A stretch of DNA of 64,000 nt from Camelus dromedarius (taxonomy: Eukaryota): the NCBI RefSeq assembly GCF_036321535.1, contig NC_087437.1:13084001-13148000 (forward strand), in the 5' to 3' direction. Position 1 is the stretch's first letter. Each line of letters opens with the position of its first letter. Shown here piece by piece: positions 25,220-39,690 of the stretch. The notes below the pieces were generated by a model. It made no database searches and had not been told where the DNA came from. It saw only the letters and a program-made list of their open reading frames with translations. A program made the position numbers and the translations under genes.

Positions 25220-25610
25220 ATAATTTGTTTATGTACAAATATCAGAAATTAAACATGAGAAAAAATAATATTCATCTCTAATGCCATCAGCCAGATGGAG
25301 CTACAGTTAATGTTCTGTTGCACAGAGTAGACATTACACATGTTTATTTTGGTATCATGTTCTGCACATTGTTTGTAAACCTGTTTTTTTACTTCATATA
25401 TGATGAATATTTTTCCTTCTCCATAGATACATTTATATCCTTTTTAGTGGCTGTATACTTTTCCATAATTTAATTAAGCATTGTCTAGAGAATACTACAA
25501 TTCACAGAGTAGACAAATCCTTGCTCAAAACTTTAGTTTTTCTATAGGATACATTCCTGGAAGTGAAAGTGCTGATTCAAAGATGTTGTAGATGTTTAAG
25601 GAGTTTGACC
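25220..25610 (-). mobile_element. Ancient L1ME-like fragment
   Basis: ttctataggatacattcctggaagtgaaagtgctgattcaaag. Confidence 0.55.
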
Positions 25611-25911
25611 AATCAGCATTGCTCAGAGGGTGTGTCCTTGGCTTTGTGCATCAATTGAGTCAGTATCCAGAGGTTCTGGATATGTTCCAAGCCCTGTACT
25701 CCTATTTCTCTTGTCTCTCACCCTCTTACCATTTTCCATTCTAGTAGGTTAATCTTGCTTAAACCTTATTTGCATCTGTCATCTCCCTGCTTGGAAACCT
25801 CCCAAGTACACTCAAGCCTTATGGCCAAAGATGAATTCTCTAGACTGCCAGTCAACCTCTGCCTCCTTCCACGCACATGCTCCTGTGCACAAGTGAGTGC
25901 ATGCGTGAGTG

Positions 25912-25939
25912 TGCACACAACACACACACACACACACAG
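25912..25939. repeat. Short imperfect (CA)n
   Basis: Directly visible. Confidence 0.8.
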
Positions 25940-28713
25940 AGTCTCAGCCTTCTTTTCCAACAAGACTTCCTCTGTGCTGCAGTGTGACTCTTCTACACCT
26001 CTCTCAGCTGATGTCCTGTCCCCCCTGGCATTCCACACTCATTCCTGATTCTGTATTTTTCCATCCCACCCACCATCCTTTCAAAGAGCCAAGAAGGCAT
26101 TGCAAGTGTCCTTTTCCAAAAACATTCTATCCCAGGGGTATCTTTTCTCCTTAAACCCTGATTAGTCCTGTCTTTGCCACAGTTTCCCCACCTATTTAAC
26201 CACCACTTAATGTTATCCTGGGGTTCAAGTATACGAAGCTTCTCCTAGGTGGGATTGAAATAATTTCCACTTCTCATTCTCCTGAACAGAACGCCACGCA
26301 CTCTATTCTATAGCCCACAAAGGTATCCAACATTTATCATGCGGTATTTACTGTATTTGGTTTTGGGGACGCAATGATAACTAAATTAGCTATGGTCTCT
26401 TCACCACAGGGACAATCCAAGAGTGTGCTAAGTTTTTGCTTTCCAGACCTTTCCATTTAAACATACCTTAAATATATTTTCCCCACAAGCTCAATTATGG
26501 GCTGCTGTCACTCTGCCCCTTTCTCAAAACTGTTTTCTGATAAACTTATTTCACAAACAGGTAAGAACCTAGAATAAGCACAGCTCAATCCATTAATTAT
26601 GACATTTAATTTTGCTTTATCTGGCCCATCCAGTGTAATAAATAGAATTGCAGCGTATTCCAAGAGTTACGGGATGGTGAGGACAGTTTCTGATTTCACA
26701 GGCAGTTTCTCAAAGTCAATTCTGTGGCTGTCTGTGGCAAGGGTTATTGAATTAAAAAAAAATACATACCACATCTTCTTATATTCTAATTTGCTAGTGG
26801 GAGATAAGATTTACAAAATGAAAGTAAATATATTTTATGCAAAGACATACAAAAGTAAAGGAATTAGGAATACAGCTGTGGAGGAGTCATACCCTGAACA
26901 GCAAAATAACGCAAATATGATAGTCTTTATTCCTAGTCTCCAAAATACTCGAATGGATTCAATTTGGATGATGTCTCAGCTCTGAAAAGTCCTTTGATTA
27001 AGAAAACTGAAAATCCCCACCCTCGGATGGGTGCTATTAGATTCTACCCTGCACTCTGAAATATACCATTTTACCATGATCTTAAATTTAAACTTTAAGA
27101 AAATATCTTTATATTTAAGAGAATATTTTAATGAAGGTGTAAGTTCTGAGGTCTCTCTGGGTCAGTAATTTCCCTAAGCACCAAAATATCGAAGAACATG
27201 AGAAGGAAAAGTTGTGGGGGAAATTGGAAGATTTTATACATTCATTTATAGCATATCAGTCACAGGGAAAGAGCTGGGAAATCTCACAAGTAAAAGGATT
27301 AGGCAAAAATCCAACTAGAAATACAAGTGATCAGGATGTTTCCTTTAGCTAGTCTAATAGTAAACTCACGTTCAAGACACTAGGAGTTAGAAAACAAGTA
27401 GAGTGTTTAATGAAAGAAGAAAGAAAAGAAGCAACAATAATGATTTATTTGCAAGTTCCAAGGGACCTAATGAAAAATTTTCTTGTGCATAATGAGATGT
27501 TCTTTCTAATCAAGAGAATCTAAGAAAAAAATGTGAGAATTGAGACAATGAATGAATTTTTTTTTTTTTAGTTTCAACACTTTATGCCTGAAATTTAAAT
27601 GATACATTTTAAACTGGTAACGACAGATTTTTAAAAGTGGGATCGTTATATCCTTTTAATTTAATTTACTGGAAAGTCAGAAAATTCTGAAAGCACAGAG
27701 GCAAAATTTAATCATGTATCTAATTATAATATATAAGCATGTAAATATATATACATTTACAAAAAGTAGGTGTCTCTACCCGACTTAGGCATAAGGAAAA
27801 TTTTGTGCTCATATAATTGCTATATCTCTGTGTTTGCTCTCAATGTCTGGAATATTCTGGGGTGCTCTGAAGTTTTCAGAAGTTTCTGTACAACTTTTAT
27901 TATTACGCCCCTTGAACGTCAGTTTCACTTTATCTTCCCAGTTCACGTGTTTCCAACACACAAGATAACCCTGACCTCCTGTTAGAAGTCACATGTGTAT
28001 CATCACTGACTGGCTTTCAGTGGATTATGAATCCAAAAATGGCTCTGCACATCTATTTATGTTGTTGATTTCTTTGTTAAGTGGAGGTACAACTTTTTGC
28101 TAAATGATACATTTTGTTTTCAACCTAAGATAGTGTTCTTTTGGCAATAAGGCTTTTAGAAGTACTACTTTAGACCTCAAAACCCTTACCATTGAGTGCA
28201 AAGAATTGGAATTTGGAGGAACTTTCTAGGGGTGAAGCTGTGGGTCACTGCAGTTGAAGATTCTCAGGAAGATGCCACAGCACCATCTGAAAATGATGCT
28301 TAATTAAAGGATATTTTACCATGAAGATGTTGGAACCAGATTAGTAGTTTATCTTACCTTTATTATTTCTCTGTGGATCTCAGATTCAGACCTCAGAGTC
28401 CTCAGTTAATAGTAAATAGTAATCATCATCCACTCAAGAGTCCTCTTTTTCTTACTTCATTTTATTTCATTTGGTCTTATGCTTCCCCCACAATTCTCAT
28501 CTCCTTTTTATTGCCTCAAATGAAAACTCACTCAACTGTATTTATCCTTAAACATGCATGTATGCTTATAAAACGCGTAGACTTTCTGAGTAGATGTGTT
28601 TTAAATGTGCACGAATTGTGTCATGTATTAATCTCATTTTAGTTTCCTGCTGAGACATTTGACACTGTTTACAACTGATGCGTGTTACATCTAGTTCATA
28701 TTTAGTGATTTTA

Positions 28714-30324
28714 TTTTATATTAATTTTTTTATTGAAGTATGTAGTTGATTTACAATATTATGTTTCAGGTGTACGATATAGTGGTTCAAAATTTTTATA
28801 GATTATACTTCATGTAAAGTTGTAACTAAATAATGGCTATATTTCCCTGTGCTGTGCAATATATCCTGTTGTTTATTTATTTTATACATAGTTTGTATCT
28901 CTTTGTCCCATATCCCTCTCTTGCCCCTCCCCTCTTTCATCTCCCCACTGGTAACCGCTGGTTTGTTCTCTATATCTGAGTCTGTTTCTGTTTTGTTATA
29001 TACATTTGTATGTTTTAATTTTTTGATTCCACATATAAATATTTGTCTTTCTGTGTATGACTTATTCACCAAGTGTAATACTTTCTATGTCCATCCACAT
29101 TGTTAAGAATGCAGAATTTCATTTTTTTTTATTGGCTAAGTAGTATTTCCTTTTGTACGTGTGTGTCTGTATATGCATTATATATCACATCTTCTTTATC
29201 CATATGGTTGCTTCCATCTTTTGGCTATAGCAAATAATGCTGCTATGAATATTGAGTGTATGTATCTTTTTAAATTAGTGTTTTTGTTTTTTCCCTCATA
29301 TATATCCAGGAATGGGATGGCTGGATTAAAATGTAGTTCTGTTTTCAGTTTTTTGAGGAAACTCCATACTATTTTTCCACAGTGGCTGCACCAATTTACA
29401 TTCCCACCAAGAGTGTACAAGGGTTCCCTTTTCTCTACATTTTCTCCAACATTTGCTATTTGTAGACTTTTTGCTGATAGCCATTCTGATAGGTGTGAGG
29501 CGATAGCTCATTGTGGTTTTGATTTGCACTTCTCTGATGATTAGTGACGTTGAGCATCTTTTCCTGTGCCTGTTGGCCATTTGTATGTCCTCTTTGGCAA
29601 ATGTCTATTCAAGTCTTCTTCCCATTTTTCGGTTGGGTTGTTTGTTTTTTTTGATACTGAGTTGCATGAGCTGTTTGTGTATTTTGGATATTAACCCTTT
29701 GTCAGTTGCATCATTTACAAACATTTTCTCCCATTCCATAGGTTATCTTTTCATTTTGTCAATGGTTTCCTTTGTTGTGCAAAAGCTTTTAAGTTTAATT
29801 AGGTCCAATTTGTGTATTTTTGCTTTTATTTCTTTTGTCTTAGGAGACAGATCCCCAAAAATATTGCTATAATTTATGTCAAAGAGTGTTCTGCCTATGA
29901 TCTATTCTTAGAATTTTATGGTTTCAGGCCTTACGTTTGTACATTTAATCCATTTTGAGTTTATTTTTGTATATGATATGAGATAATGGTCTAATTTCCT
30001 TGATTTACATGCAGCTGTCCAGTTTTCTCAGCACCACTCATTGAGGAGACTGTCTTTTCTCCATCGCACATCCTTGCCTCCTTTGTCGTAGATTAATTGG
30101 CTGTAGGTGCGTGGGCGTATTTCTGGGCTCTCTGTTCTGTGCCATTGGTCTACGTGTCTGTTCCTGTGCTAGTGCCATACTATTTTGATTACTGCAGGCT
30201 TGTTGTGTAGTCTGAAGTCAAGGAGTGTGATAACTCCAGCTTTTTTTCTTTTTTTCTCAAGATTGCTTTGGGAATTGGGGGTCTTTTGTGTTTCCATATA
30301 AATTTTAGGATTATTTGTTCTAGC
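28714..30324 (-). mobile_element. 5'-truncated lineage L1 (about 1.6 kb)
   Basis: ORF 29326..29580(-) [34 protein letters not shown] is L1 ORF2. 19-bp TSD ttcata(t/a)ttagtgatttta at 28695-28713 and 30325-30343. TT/AAAA endonuclease site on the minus strand. Confidence 0.96.
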
Positions 30325-32339
30325 TTCATAATTAGTGATTTTAAACTCTTCTTTTTGGCTTTTGAATCTTTGTTAAAAAGGAATTTTATCAGACAGGACA
30401 GACAGATGAAAGTAGGGCTTTGACTAAAGAAGGTGGGTGGGGGCTTGGAACCCCTCTCAAACTGCTTGGTCTTACCCCATCCCTTAAAGCAGTCCCAGAA
30501 ACACCTCTTCTGAACTGGTGCTCTTTGGAAAGCAAGGTGGGAACTCTTGGACTAGATTTTTCCAAATCACACCCCCTCCCCCTTTCCTTTTCCAAGTTCT
30601 ACCCTACAGAATGTAGTGTATCCTTTACCAGTTTATCTGACCTCCATCATGCCAAACTACCTATGTGAGCAAGGTGTTGTTTTGCTGTCTTCAATGTGTT
30701 CACTTGGTCCTCTATGCACATTTTTAGGGAGTGAGTGGGCAAGGCCCTTATGTCAGTTAACAAAGAGAGATGCTGTGGTTACGTAGACAGTTTCTGCAAC
30801 AGGCTAATACACGGCTTTGGAAAACCTATTCTAGGTTACCTCCCCTTTATATATAATGAAAAGCTCCTTCATTCTTTTTTTAAGTGAAAGAGATAAAGAA
30901 AGTTAGTACCTCATGCAATATTACACGGAATTGAATCTTAATAACATTTTTTGAGAACTTCAGCACCAAGCATACGTACATAAATAATATTTAAGAGAAA
31001 GTCTTTTGGCAATGCGTTCACAGTTTTCTGCATTCTTACACAGAGTGTCCTGAAGAGAAATATGGACAAACTGCTCTCCGTGCTGTGAGACCTCTGGGGC
31101 TGTCCACTCCTGCGCTAAATAGCCCCAGGCTACCAGGATTTAGAATTAGTAGCCCTTCCTTCATGATTTTTTTTTTTTTTTTTATTGCTTCTTTTTTTGT
31201 CTTTCTTTCTCATACTTCTGGCTAATGTCAGTTTGTCTGTCATTGTCAGCCAGTCCTTCCTTCCTCCTCTTAATTGCCATTTCTAGCCTGCTGTGAATGA
31301 GAAACCAGATAAGCGAGCTTTTAAAAATTGGCTCCGAACTGCAGAATTCTGCCTGAAGGCCCTAGTGCCTCCCGAATAAATTGCACCAGATTCAATGTTT
31401 TGATTTTGCAGAAGTTCTTTTGGAGGCTTGGAGGTTTTTTTCCACTTAACTTTCTGGTTCTTGTGTCTCTCGGAGAGTTGGGTTGCTAGGCGAGGTCTGG
31501 GGACTGAGTCAGCTCCCCGTGTTTGTCTTTGTAGGACGTAAACATCCAGCTCCTTCCCCTTCTCCTTCCCTTTAAGTGGGATTAGTTTGGCTTGAAGAGC
31601 CAGACTTTTTTTTTTTTTTAAGGGTATTTTTGGTTTATTTAAAAAGTCAGGCTGATTCCTGAATAGGTCTCAGATTTACTCATGGGTATTACTTCTCTCA
31701 TGATAACTGAAAAAAATCCAACCATAAGAAATCTGCCTTCTCTCATTGGTTCAAATCTATGCAGATATTTTATTATTTCTTTGTATATGCCAGCTATCTT
31801 AAACAAACATCTTTCAGAAGGTGAAGAAAGACTTTTTTGATGATCTTACAATGCCATGAGGTGAATTTGCCTATTAGTATTTTTAATGGCAGGTCTTCTA
31901 ATAGCAAGGATTTGCCTGAATTCAGTGCCACCTTAGAGAACATGGTTCAATGTATAGTGTATCTCAGTGTTAGAGAACATGTGACAATTCCTGTGCCTAA
32001 GTGGGATTCCATCTTATTCCTTTAAATAACATCCTGCCATGGTCTACAAGAAAAGATGGCTATATAAATGTTCTCAAGCTCCAGCTAAAATGTAGTGATG
32101 CTACCATGAAATTACCAGTATCGACACATCATTCATTCTTTTTTCCTCCTGATCTGAGCAACAACCACAGGTTTCAAACAGAGTCCATGCCCCTAAATGT
32201 TTGGCTGTTGCTTCTTTTTTACCATCTCCAAACTATTTGTTGGTTCTACTTTGCTTTGAAGCCCTTTATTGGTCCCATTCCAGGGTGAGCTATTGGAATA
32301 AAAAGGTGAGAATAATTCTCCATAAGTCCCATCAGAAAG

Positions 32340-32680
32340 GAGTAAGACAGTGGAACCTCATGCGGTTGTTTAGAAAGGACATACTAGGTGGAAGTATCTG
32401 TACTAGTGGCAAGAGTCCATGACACATGTTAAATGAAAAATGATGATTGCAAAGTAGTAGTATGATATTATGATCGCACATCTGTACAGTATCAACGGCA
32501 CGTAGGAACAACAATGTAACAATGCATGGGAATGTGTCTGGGAGAAAAATCACCTACTATCAAAAGTGCTACGATTGGGAAAGGTGGAACCAAGAGAGAG
32601 GGGTTGGAGGAATACATAATGTTACATTGTATGACTTTATAAAATAACCAGGCATCACATTTGTAGTAAAATAGTGCCAG
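32340..32680 (+). mobile_element. Ancient L1M 3' fragment
   Basis: gtccatgacacatgttaaatgaaaaa...ttgcaaagtagtagtatga. Confidence 0.5.
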
Positions 32681-33511
32681 TTTTGGGTTACTTTATAGAC
32701 AAGGCTGGAGAAGCTGAGTGATGAATTTCTCTGTGTGCATAAAGAAGGAGGGCAGGGAAAGGACGGGTTCTCCTGGCCAGGTCACTGTGTTCTCTAGGTC
32801 TGCACTGAGCCTATCCAGCTGCCTGCAGTTCAATGATAGGATTGAAGGACTGACTTTCTGTCACCCTTCAGATCATTGACAATAACTGCACTGACCTTCT
32901 GATTGGCTCAGGAGGATTTCTCACAGAGCTGCGCTGACCCAGTTCTCTCTAGTCATTTTCTGACAGCGGCTGAGTTGCTTGTATTTAACTGGATTGGAGA
33001 GATGAAAGGAGTGGAGTTACATATTTAGAACCACGTCTGCCCAGAGATGCACTCCCTGCCGGCGTGTGTGGGCCCGGGTTAGCCTCAGGATGACCACTGG
33101 GAAGTGGTCCCAAGTCAGTTTTCAAACATAATCTTTGAATATTATAGTCTGCAAAATTGAGGTCCCAGATGACAAGACATCACCATTACCATGAGCTGTT
33201 TTCACAATTTTGAATATAAAAAATTTCTCTAACTCGTTTATTTCAGAGAGGAAGGAGAGTGTCTGTGTGTTGAACACAAGAGAATAAGCAAAGCGTCCTC
33301 ATGACAAATGCAAAGAACAGAAGTGTTTTTGACTTTAGAATCAAAGTTAAATGGTCAGCTAAAAAAAATGCTCTTTAAATTTTCTCAGTGTAAAAAAAAA
33401 AAAATGGATTGTAGGTACGCAGGAATTTTCATATAATAGCAATAAGAGAATACAGCTCTCTTGGAGCTCGAACAGGGAGCACTGATCAAAAATGAAAATT
33501 AGCATGCTTCA

Positions 33512-34048
33512 TTGTCCCAGACATCTATTGCTACATTTAACAAGTCAAAACTTAGTGGTTAAAAGTTTACTATTATTTCTCATGGCTCAGCTAAAGGGGT
33601 CCTTCTTGCGGCCGTTGTCAGATGGCAGCTCGGGCTGTAATTATTCAACAGCTTGACTGGGTTGGGCATCCAAGATGGCATTTTCGCTCATAACACGTGA
33701 GGTGCCTCTGCTTAAATATCTGGAACAGATGTGGTTGAGGGTCTCTCTCTCTCTACCCACATGACATGTCCCAGTTAGTTTAGGCTTCCCCACAGCATGG
33801 GGTTCTCAGGGCAGTCAAATGTCTGACACAAGGACAGACCTTCCCCAGGTGGAAACGGCAAGGCTTCTTATGACCTGGTGGTGGATGTTCAAGAACATAA
33901 TTTCTACTTCGTTCTATTGGTCAAATAAATAAGACCAGCTCATTTTCAAGGAGACAGGAACTAGATTCTACCTAACTGATGTGAGGAGCAGCGTGAGCTG
34001 ACAGGGATGTAAGGAATCGCAGTGGCCATCTCAGAGACGACTCACCAC
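33512..34048 (-). mobile_element. MLT1 (H-like) LTR
   Basis: tctattgct...aaaacttagtggttaaaa...ttgactgggttgggcatccaagatggc...gtggccatct. Confidence 0.8.
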
Positions 34049-34099
34049 TCCTGTGCATGAGCAATTTGTGTCTTTCTCATCATCCTGTACTCAAGAAGA

Positions 34100-34400
34100 C
34101 TTGCAGAAGAATAGTCATTGCAGCATTGTTTATATTCCCTCCCCCAAGTTAACTTAGGTATCCATCAGTAGGTGGATGCTTAAACAAACTGTGGTAAACT
34201 CATGTTAATACCAAAAGGAGTGCACTAAATCTGTATAAAGTAACATCAACATATCTCCAATATTCATTATTCAGGAAAAAGAACTTTTAGAATTATATGT
34301 ACAGTACAGCACTGTTTATGTAACGCTACATAATTTTCAAGAAATCTCACTTTAAAACACATAATTAGTATATTCAGAAGCAAGGACAGATGTTCTGGAA
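34100..34400 (+). mobile_element. Ancient L1ME fragment
   Basis: attgcagcattgttt...tatccatcagtaggtggatgcttaaacaaactgtggta. Confidence 0.6.
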
Positions 34401-35139
34401 GGAGACGTGCCACCAGCTGGGCTGTTTGGTAATATAGGATGATTGGAATTGTTGCTACGGAGGGATTTAGCCTTATATTCATGTCTGTGTTTATTTTGGA
34501 AAGAAAATCAGTTTTTACTTGACCAAGTAAAAATTAATTAAGAACACACAAAGTGCATTTGAGCAATTTAAGTGCTGAAGCCCATGTATACTCAATGGCA
34601 TGTACTGGGAAAACTACTAACTTTCTTTGGTAAGGAGTTTTTGCAGATTTAGAAAGGTAGACATGAACACAATGGTAGAAATGAACAATGCCCTCTTTGC
34701 ACATGCAGAAGTGGATTTTCTGTAAAGTGATGTACACTGCTTTGTGAACCACCAGGCCAGTATCCAGCTGAGGAGAAGTTAAGACAGAGTGCTTTAACAT
34801 GTTTCCATGGCTTAGATCTAGGTACATCTTTTTCAAGCAGTCCACAAAAAGAGAAAAAAGAAAAAAAAAAAAAAAAAAAGAAAGAAAGAAAAGGTACTGC
34901 AACTGCCACAGAGGGAGAGACATTGGCTTCTCATTTTCCTCCACTTTTCCTGCCTCCAACTGTGTCTTTCTCCACATCGCCCACCCAAATCCAAATGTCC
35001 ACCAATGTTTAGAGGCCTCATAATTGGCCTGAAATCCAGGCAACTGTAGGTGAAATGTAAAAGGGTTTTGATTCTACTTTCCCTTTTTCTTCTATTCCCC
35101 ATTAGACCCTGCTGGGATTCTTACAACAAAACATACTTT

Positions 35140-35640
35140 TCAGAAAGCCAGCCAGCTCTGACCCAGTCCATTTCTTCTCACAACGCCCTGCTTTGGATCT
35201 GGGAGTATGCCTTTTCAGATCTATTGTCCTCTCTTCTTCTCCCTTTTCTGTCCATGGGCTGATATAAATGGGTTTTATCACAGTGTTCGCATATCATCTG
35301 GATTCTAATTGGGTTTGATCAATGGGGACGCTCAGCCCAAAGTCAGAGAAAAGGAGGGGAGTGTGGCCCACGTATTAAATCTTTCCATGGAAAATTGCCT
35401 TGGGCTGTCTGTGTCCATCAACCGAAGGTCACTCCAAGGACAGCTTTCTCTACAGTATTTAAATCTTCCCCATTTCTTTTTTCTGTCCTAAGGGTGGTAA
35501 TGACTTGGCTGCATTATCCCTTGGTGTTATCCTACCCTTACAGCTCTGTCATAGCCTCTTACAAACCCTCCACACACTGTCCCGTTTTATGTCCAGTTCT
35601 GGGCGTGCCATTTGTTTTCTGCTGGGATCTGACTGATCTA
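35140..35640. mobile_element. LTR33-like ERVL LTR
   Basis: gggtttgatcaatgggg...agagaaaaggagggg and end gccatttgttttctgctgggatctgactgat. Confidence 0.6.
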
Positions 35641-36464
35641 TGGGGTATGCGTGAGCTGGAGGAGACCGTTCCTCTTTTAGCCCAAAACGTTCATTTTTTT
35701 TTCCAGCATGATAAAGACCATGACATCTTTGGAGCACGATGGTGGACACTGTAGGAGAGACGAGTTGACTTAGCATAACATAGTAAGTACCTAAAAGTTC
35801 GGTGTGAGTGGCTGGAGGAGACTGAAACATTGACAACCTGTCTGGAGTGTTACAGAAACAGGAGATGCCAATATATCTGAAGAAGAAAATGAAAGTTTAA
35901 AGATATTCTGTCAAAAGGCAGCATTCACCCACCCCAACTGCCTGTATTACTAATTTTCTCTTTATTATGGGATGTATGTTGATGAGATGGCTGGTAGGTG
36001 GAGAAGGGCATGATGAATCTGTTGAGTTCATTCATCAGTCAGAGCCACCTTCTCTGAGCTGGCTTGACACAGGGCATAATCTCTTCAGTTGTCTACCATG
36101 TCCCATAAAGTTAATTATATATGGAAAGAGTTTACAAGTCAGGCTGATTTTTGTTTGTACGTGTTTACATGGAGTTTTAGAGAGACAATAAGGAAGTGAG
36201 TGAGGGCAGTGGATGCCTGGTACTTTTTTTTTTTTTTTTTAACCTTCTTAACAGTCAAAAATGTCCTGGCTTATGGAATTCCTATTTTATAAATAACACC
36301 AGGAAAGTATGAGATAATTTCCAGCAAGAGTCTACTTCCTCATGGAAATTGAGATTGTTCAGAGATCAATGCACTAGTATTGACTGAAATAATTAATGAT
36401 AATAATAATAAAATAATAATAATAAAGATGAATAGCTAGCATCTGCTAAGCATCCTGCTATTTT

Positions 36465-36925
36465 AGAATTTTTTCCTGTCAAGTAACAGAATAGTCAAAT
36501 AAAATGGCTTAAAAATAAGGACATTGAGTTTGCTCAGATACTAAAATGTCTACAGGAAAGTGGTTTCAGAGTTGGTTAATATAGCAACTCAAAGACGTCA
36601 AGTTCCTTGAGTTGGTTTCTCTGTTACTCCCTTAGCTTTCCCTTCATGGTAGCAAGATATAGGGCACAGCTCAAAAAACAGTGTCCATGGGAGACAAAAG
36701 GGGGACAGTCTTTTTCCTCCTGAGTCTCTCTTTTATCGAAGAAGAAAATCCAAGAAACCCCTCAGAGTTTTGTTAGGTGGGACTGAGCCTTCAGCCTAGT
36801 CCTAAACCTGTCATTGTCAAAAGAGGTCCCTATCTGGGTGTAAAGGATGGGCTCACCTTCTCTAAACACACTGCTGCCCCATACTGGTGTAACATCTAGC
36901 ATTTACTAGGTAATCAGCATTTTGT
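36465..36925 (-). mobile_element. MLT1 LTR, apparently splitting a MIR (about 36395-36460 and 36930-37095)
   Basis: caagtaacagaa...atggcttaaaaataagg start. The MIR core atatgagggaattgaggc resumes after it. Confidence 0.6.
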
Positions 36926-37095
36926 CTGCACTAACTCCTCCTATGGGTCAAGTATGTGAATAAGCATTTAATCTTTTAATCCTGTCCACAATCCAATAAG
37001 GTCTATAATATTTGCCACATATGAGGGAATTGAGGCGTCAGGAGACTGCATGGCTCACCCAGGATCATAACGCTAGTAAGTAATGGAGTAGAGAA

Positions 37096-37400
37096 TCATT
37101 CACTCATCAGGCACCTATTATACATCTGCTGTGTGCAGTGAGGATGTGAAGCTAAATCAAGGACAGCCCCTGTTCTCCCGGTGCTCATATGGGACAGCAA
37201 AGTAATAATGGCATCGTAGATGGTCAGGGCAGTGTCATGTCTGTCAGTGGTGCCAAAGAGGGGGTCATTAACTCTGCATGAGTGCGTCTGGAGAGGATTC
37301 CCAGGAAGACTGACCCTAACAGGGCAGATCCACCAAAGTCCACACAGAAAAATGGGCCGGAGCAGAAAGGGCACTTCAGGCCAAGGAAGAGCATTGGAAA
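37096..37400 (-). mobile_element. L2 3' fragment
   Basis: tcattcactcatcaggcacctattatacatctgctgtgtgc. Confidence 0.7.
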
Positions 37401-38380
37401 GGTGTTGCTCACCATAGGAAAGAATGTAGCTTTTCTATTTCTCAAGATTTCCAGCATTAATGGGAAATTGTGTTTCTCAAGGAATTAGAGCAGCTAAAAG
37501 ACACAATGATCCCAAACCAATTTATAAATGTGCTTTTGCACCTTTGGTGAAACGACTGCTTCCAAACACGTTAAAAGTAACCTTTCTCAGGTTTGCATCT
37601 AAAAAAGTTCAAAGAAAGGGAAAACTTTCCTAGAATGACTCTTTAGACAGATCCAGGCTGTTTTCAGAGAGCAAAATAATTAGTTGTAAACTCCAAATGA
37701 CAAAAAATTTTATCGTTTCCTTCATGGAGTAGATTTCCTAGAAGAGGAAATTCTGATTTTTCTCCCAGTTGATTTGAGAGGGACTGACTAGGGAGTGTGA
37801 TTAGGGAGTTGGAGGAAAGGTAAGGAAAGGTAAAGACTGATTTAAAAAGAACCGAGAAGACATTTTCAACTAAGATAATTTCAAGAGCATTAAATGAGCC
37901 TTCTTCAGCAGGATTTAGAAGACCATTGCATTTCTTTTATAAGAAGTAATACCCCTCAGAGATGAAAATCTTTTGGTAAAACACTATAAATCACTACAAG
38001 GAACAATAGCAGTTCCCTTCTTAACTTTATGTTTTACAGAATGTTCTGTGTGATAACCTTTGCCTTTTCTGTACTAGAGTTAATGACTCTTAAATTTCTG
38101 CCATATCACTCTGTCCCCCTTGCCAGCCCTTCCTACCATTTTTTTGCCCCAGCCCATCCTGTAGACGGGCCAAAAGCATCTAGTGTGTATTGGCTGGAAG
38201 CCTTCATTTGGCAAGTTTGATCTCGGAGCATGAGCAACCGGAAGAATCCAAGGAGCCAGTGGTCGTGGGGTGGAGGAAGGATCAGGGATTAGAACTCTGG
38301 CAAGCACTTTTTATTATAATAAACAGATATAATCCAGCTAGTAATTTATTGACAAATGAACTTTATTTATTTTGCATTGT

Positions 38381-38384
<4 letters not shown>

Positions 38385-38416
<32 letters not shown>
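38385..38416. repeat. (TG)16 microsatellite
   Basis: Directly visible. Confidence 0.97.
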
Positions 38417-38420
<4 letters not shown>

Positions 38421-39379
38421 GGGGATAACAGATTTGGAGCTGGCTATTGAAAATCGCCCCCCTCCATCTTTCTTGAGTGCTCTGTCCTTACTGAGATGCC
38501 ATCCAGCCAAGGAGGCCTGAAGCCATCACCAAATGAGAACACAACTGATTTCCTATCGCAAGTCATCACTAATACTGTCATATATCTAAATAAAATGGAC
38601 ACGCTTTAAGTCCAACAGGAAAATAGTCAGTCACGAAGGACAGATTAGGTATAACACAGGAGCAGGAAAGAATGTCTGAGCTGCAGTTTCAGTACATCCC
38701 AACCCCATGAAGATACAAATTATTTAAGAGAACATTTATAATTTAATAGCAATATAGTCGGGGATCCTGAAAAAATAAATTCTATTTCCTTCATTGAAAT
38801 GACAATGACATATATTCAGGTTCTTTTTTTGTTCAACACAGAACCCTTTACTGAAAATACGGTAATTGTGAGATGTGGCAGGTTTGCACTAGTTTATCCT
38901 GTCTATCATATGGATTGAATAAGGGAGATACATCCTAATGCAAAAATTAACTTAATAATCATGATATTCAATAATGAGTGTTATAATCTTTCCTCAATAA
39001 ATGTGGGTAATACCTTGATTTGATTTTAGAATGAGCAGTCTCATCTCAGGGGTGCTGGCACCGTTGGCCTTGGCCAGATATATTCAAAGAGCTAGTGGTG
39101 GCAATGTTTCTGGCACCCTGTTGCTTTTACCATACCTCTGCGGAATTTAATTCAGCCCAAATTAATTAGCGTCTGGGGTTCACGGTGTAGTAATGATGAG
39201 TGCTCACTGGAAACACTATTTGTTCTGTAATTCCTGTTCTGATCTCTTCTGCTTACCTGTGCAGCAATCCATAAGCAACTGGGTAGTTTCTGAGATAGAG
39301 CAGTATCTTTACTGGCATTTAAGCACCACAGAAGACCAGATATGAAAAAACATCTTCAGTGTCTCATGGACCTCTAATT

Positions 39380-39690
39380 CCATCATGCAAACAAGAAACA
39401 TTTAGAGACCAAAATAGTACATAATAAAATGCCAAATGCAGACTGTGTAGGACTTCTAGAATTCGGAGAAAGGAGAAATTCATGTAGGCTGAAACAGCTT
39501 CTTGAAGAAGAGGGTATTGAATTATCTTTTTTAAACCGATGAGAAATTGGAGTAGAAAGAAAGTAGAAACTTGGTGAGGAAAAAGGATGGCAGTGACCAG
39601 AAGAGGGGCATGAAAAGTCAGATCTTGCTGGAGACTGAGCTGAACCTCTGAGTTCCAGCACCAAAGTCTGAGCCCGCACAGCACAGGCTG
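39380..39690 (-). mobile_element. L2 fragment
   Basis: aatgccaaatgcag...cagcttcttgaagaagagggtattgaa. Confidence 0.5.
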
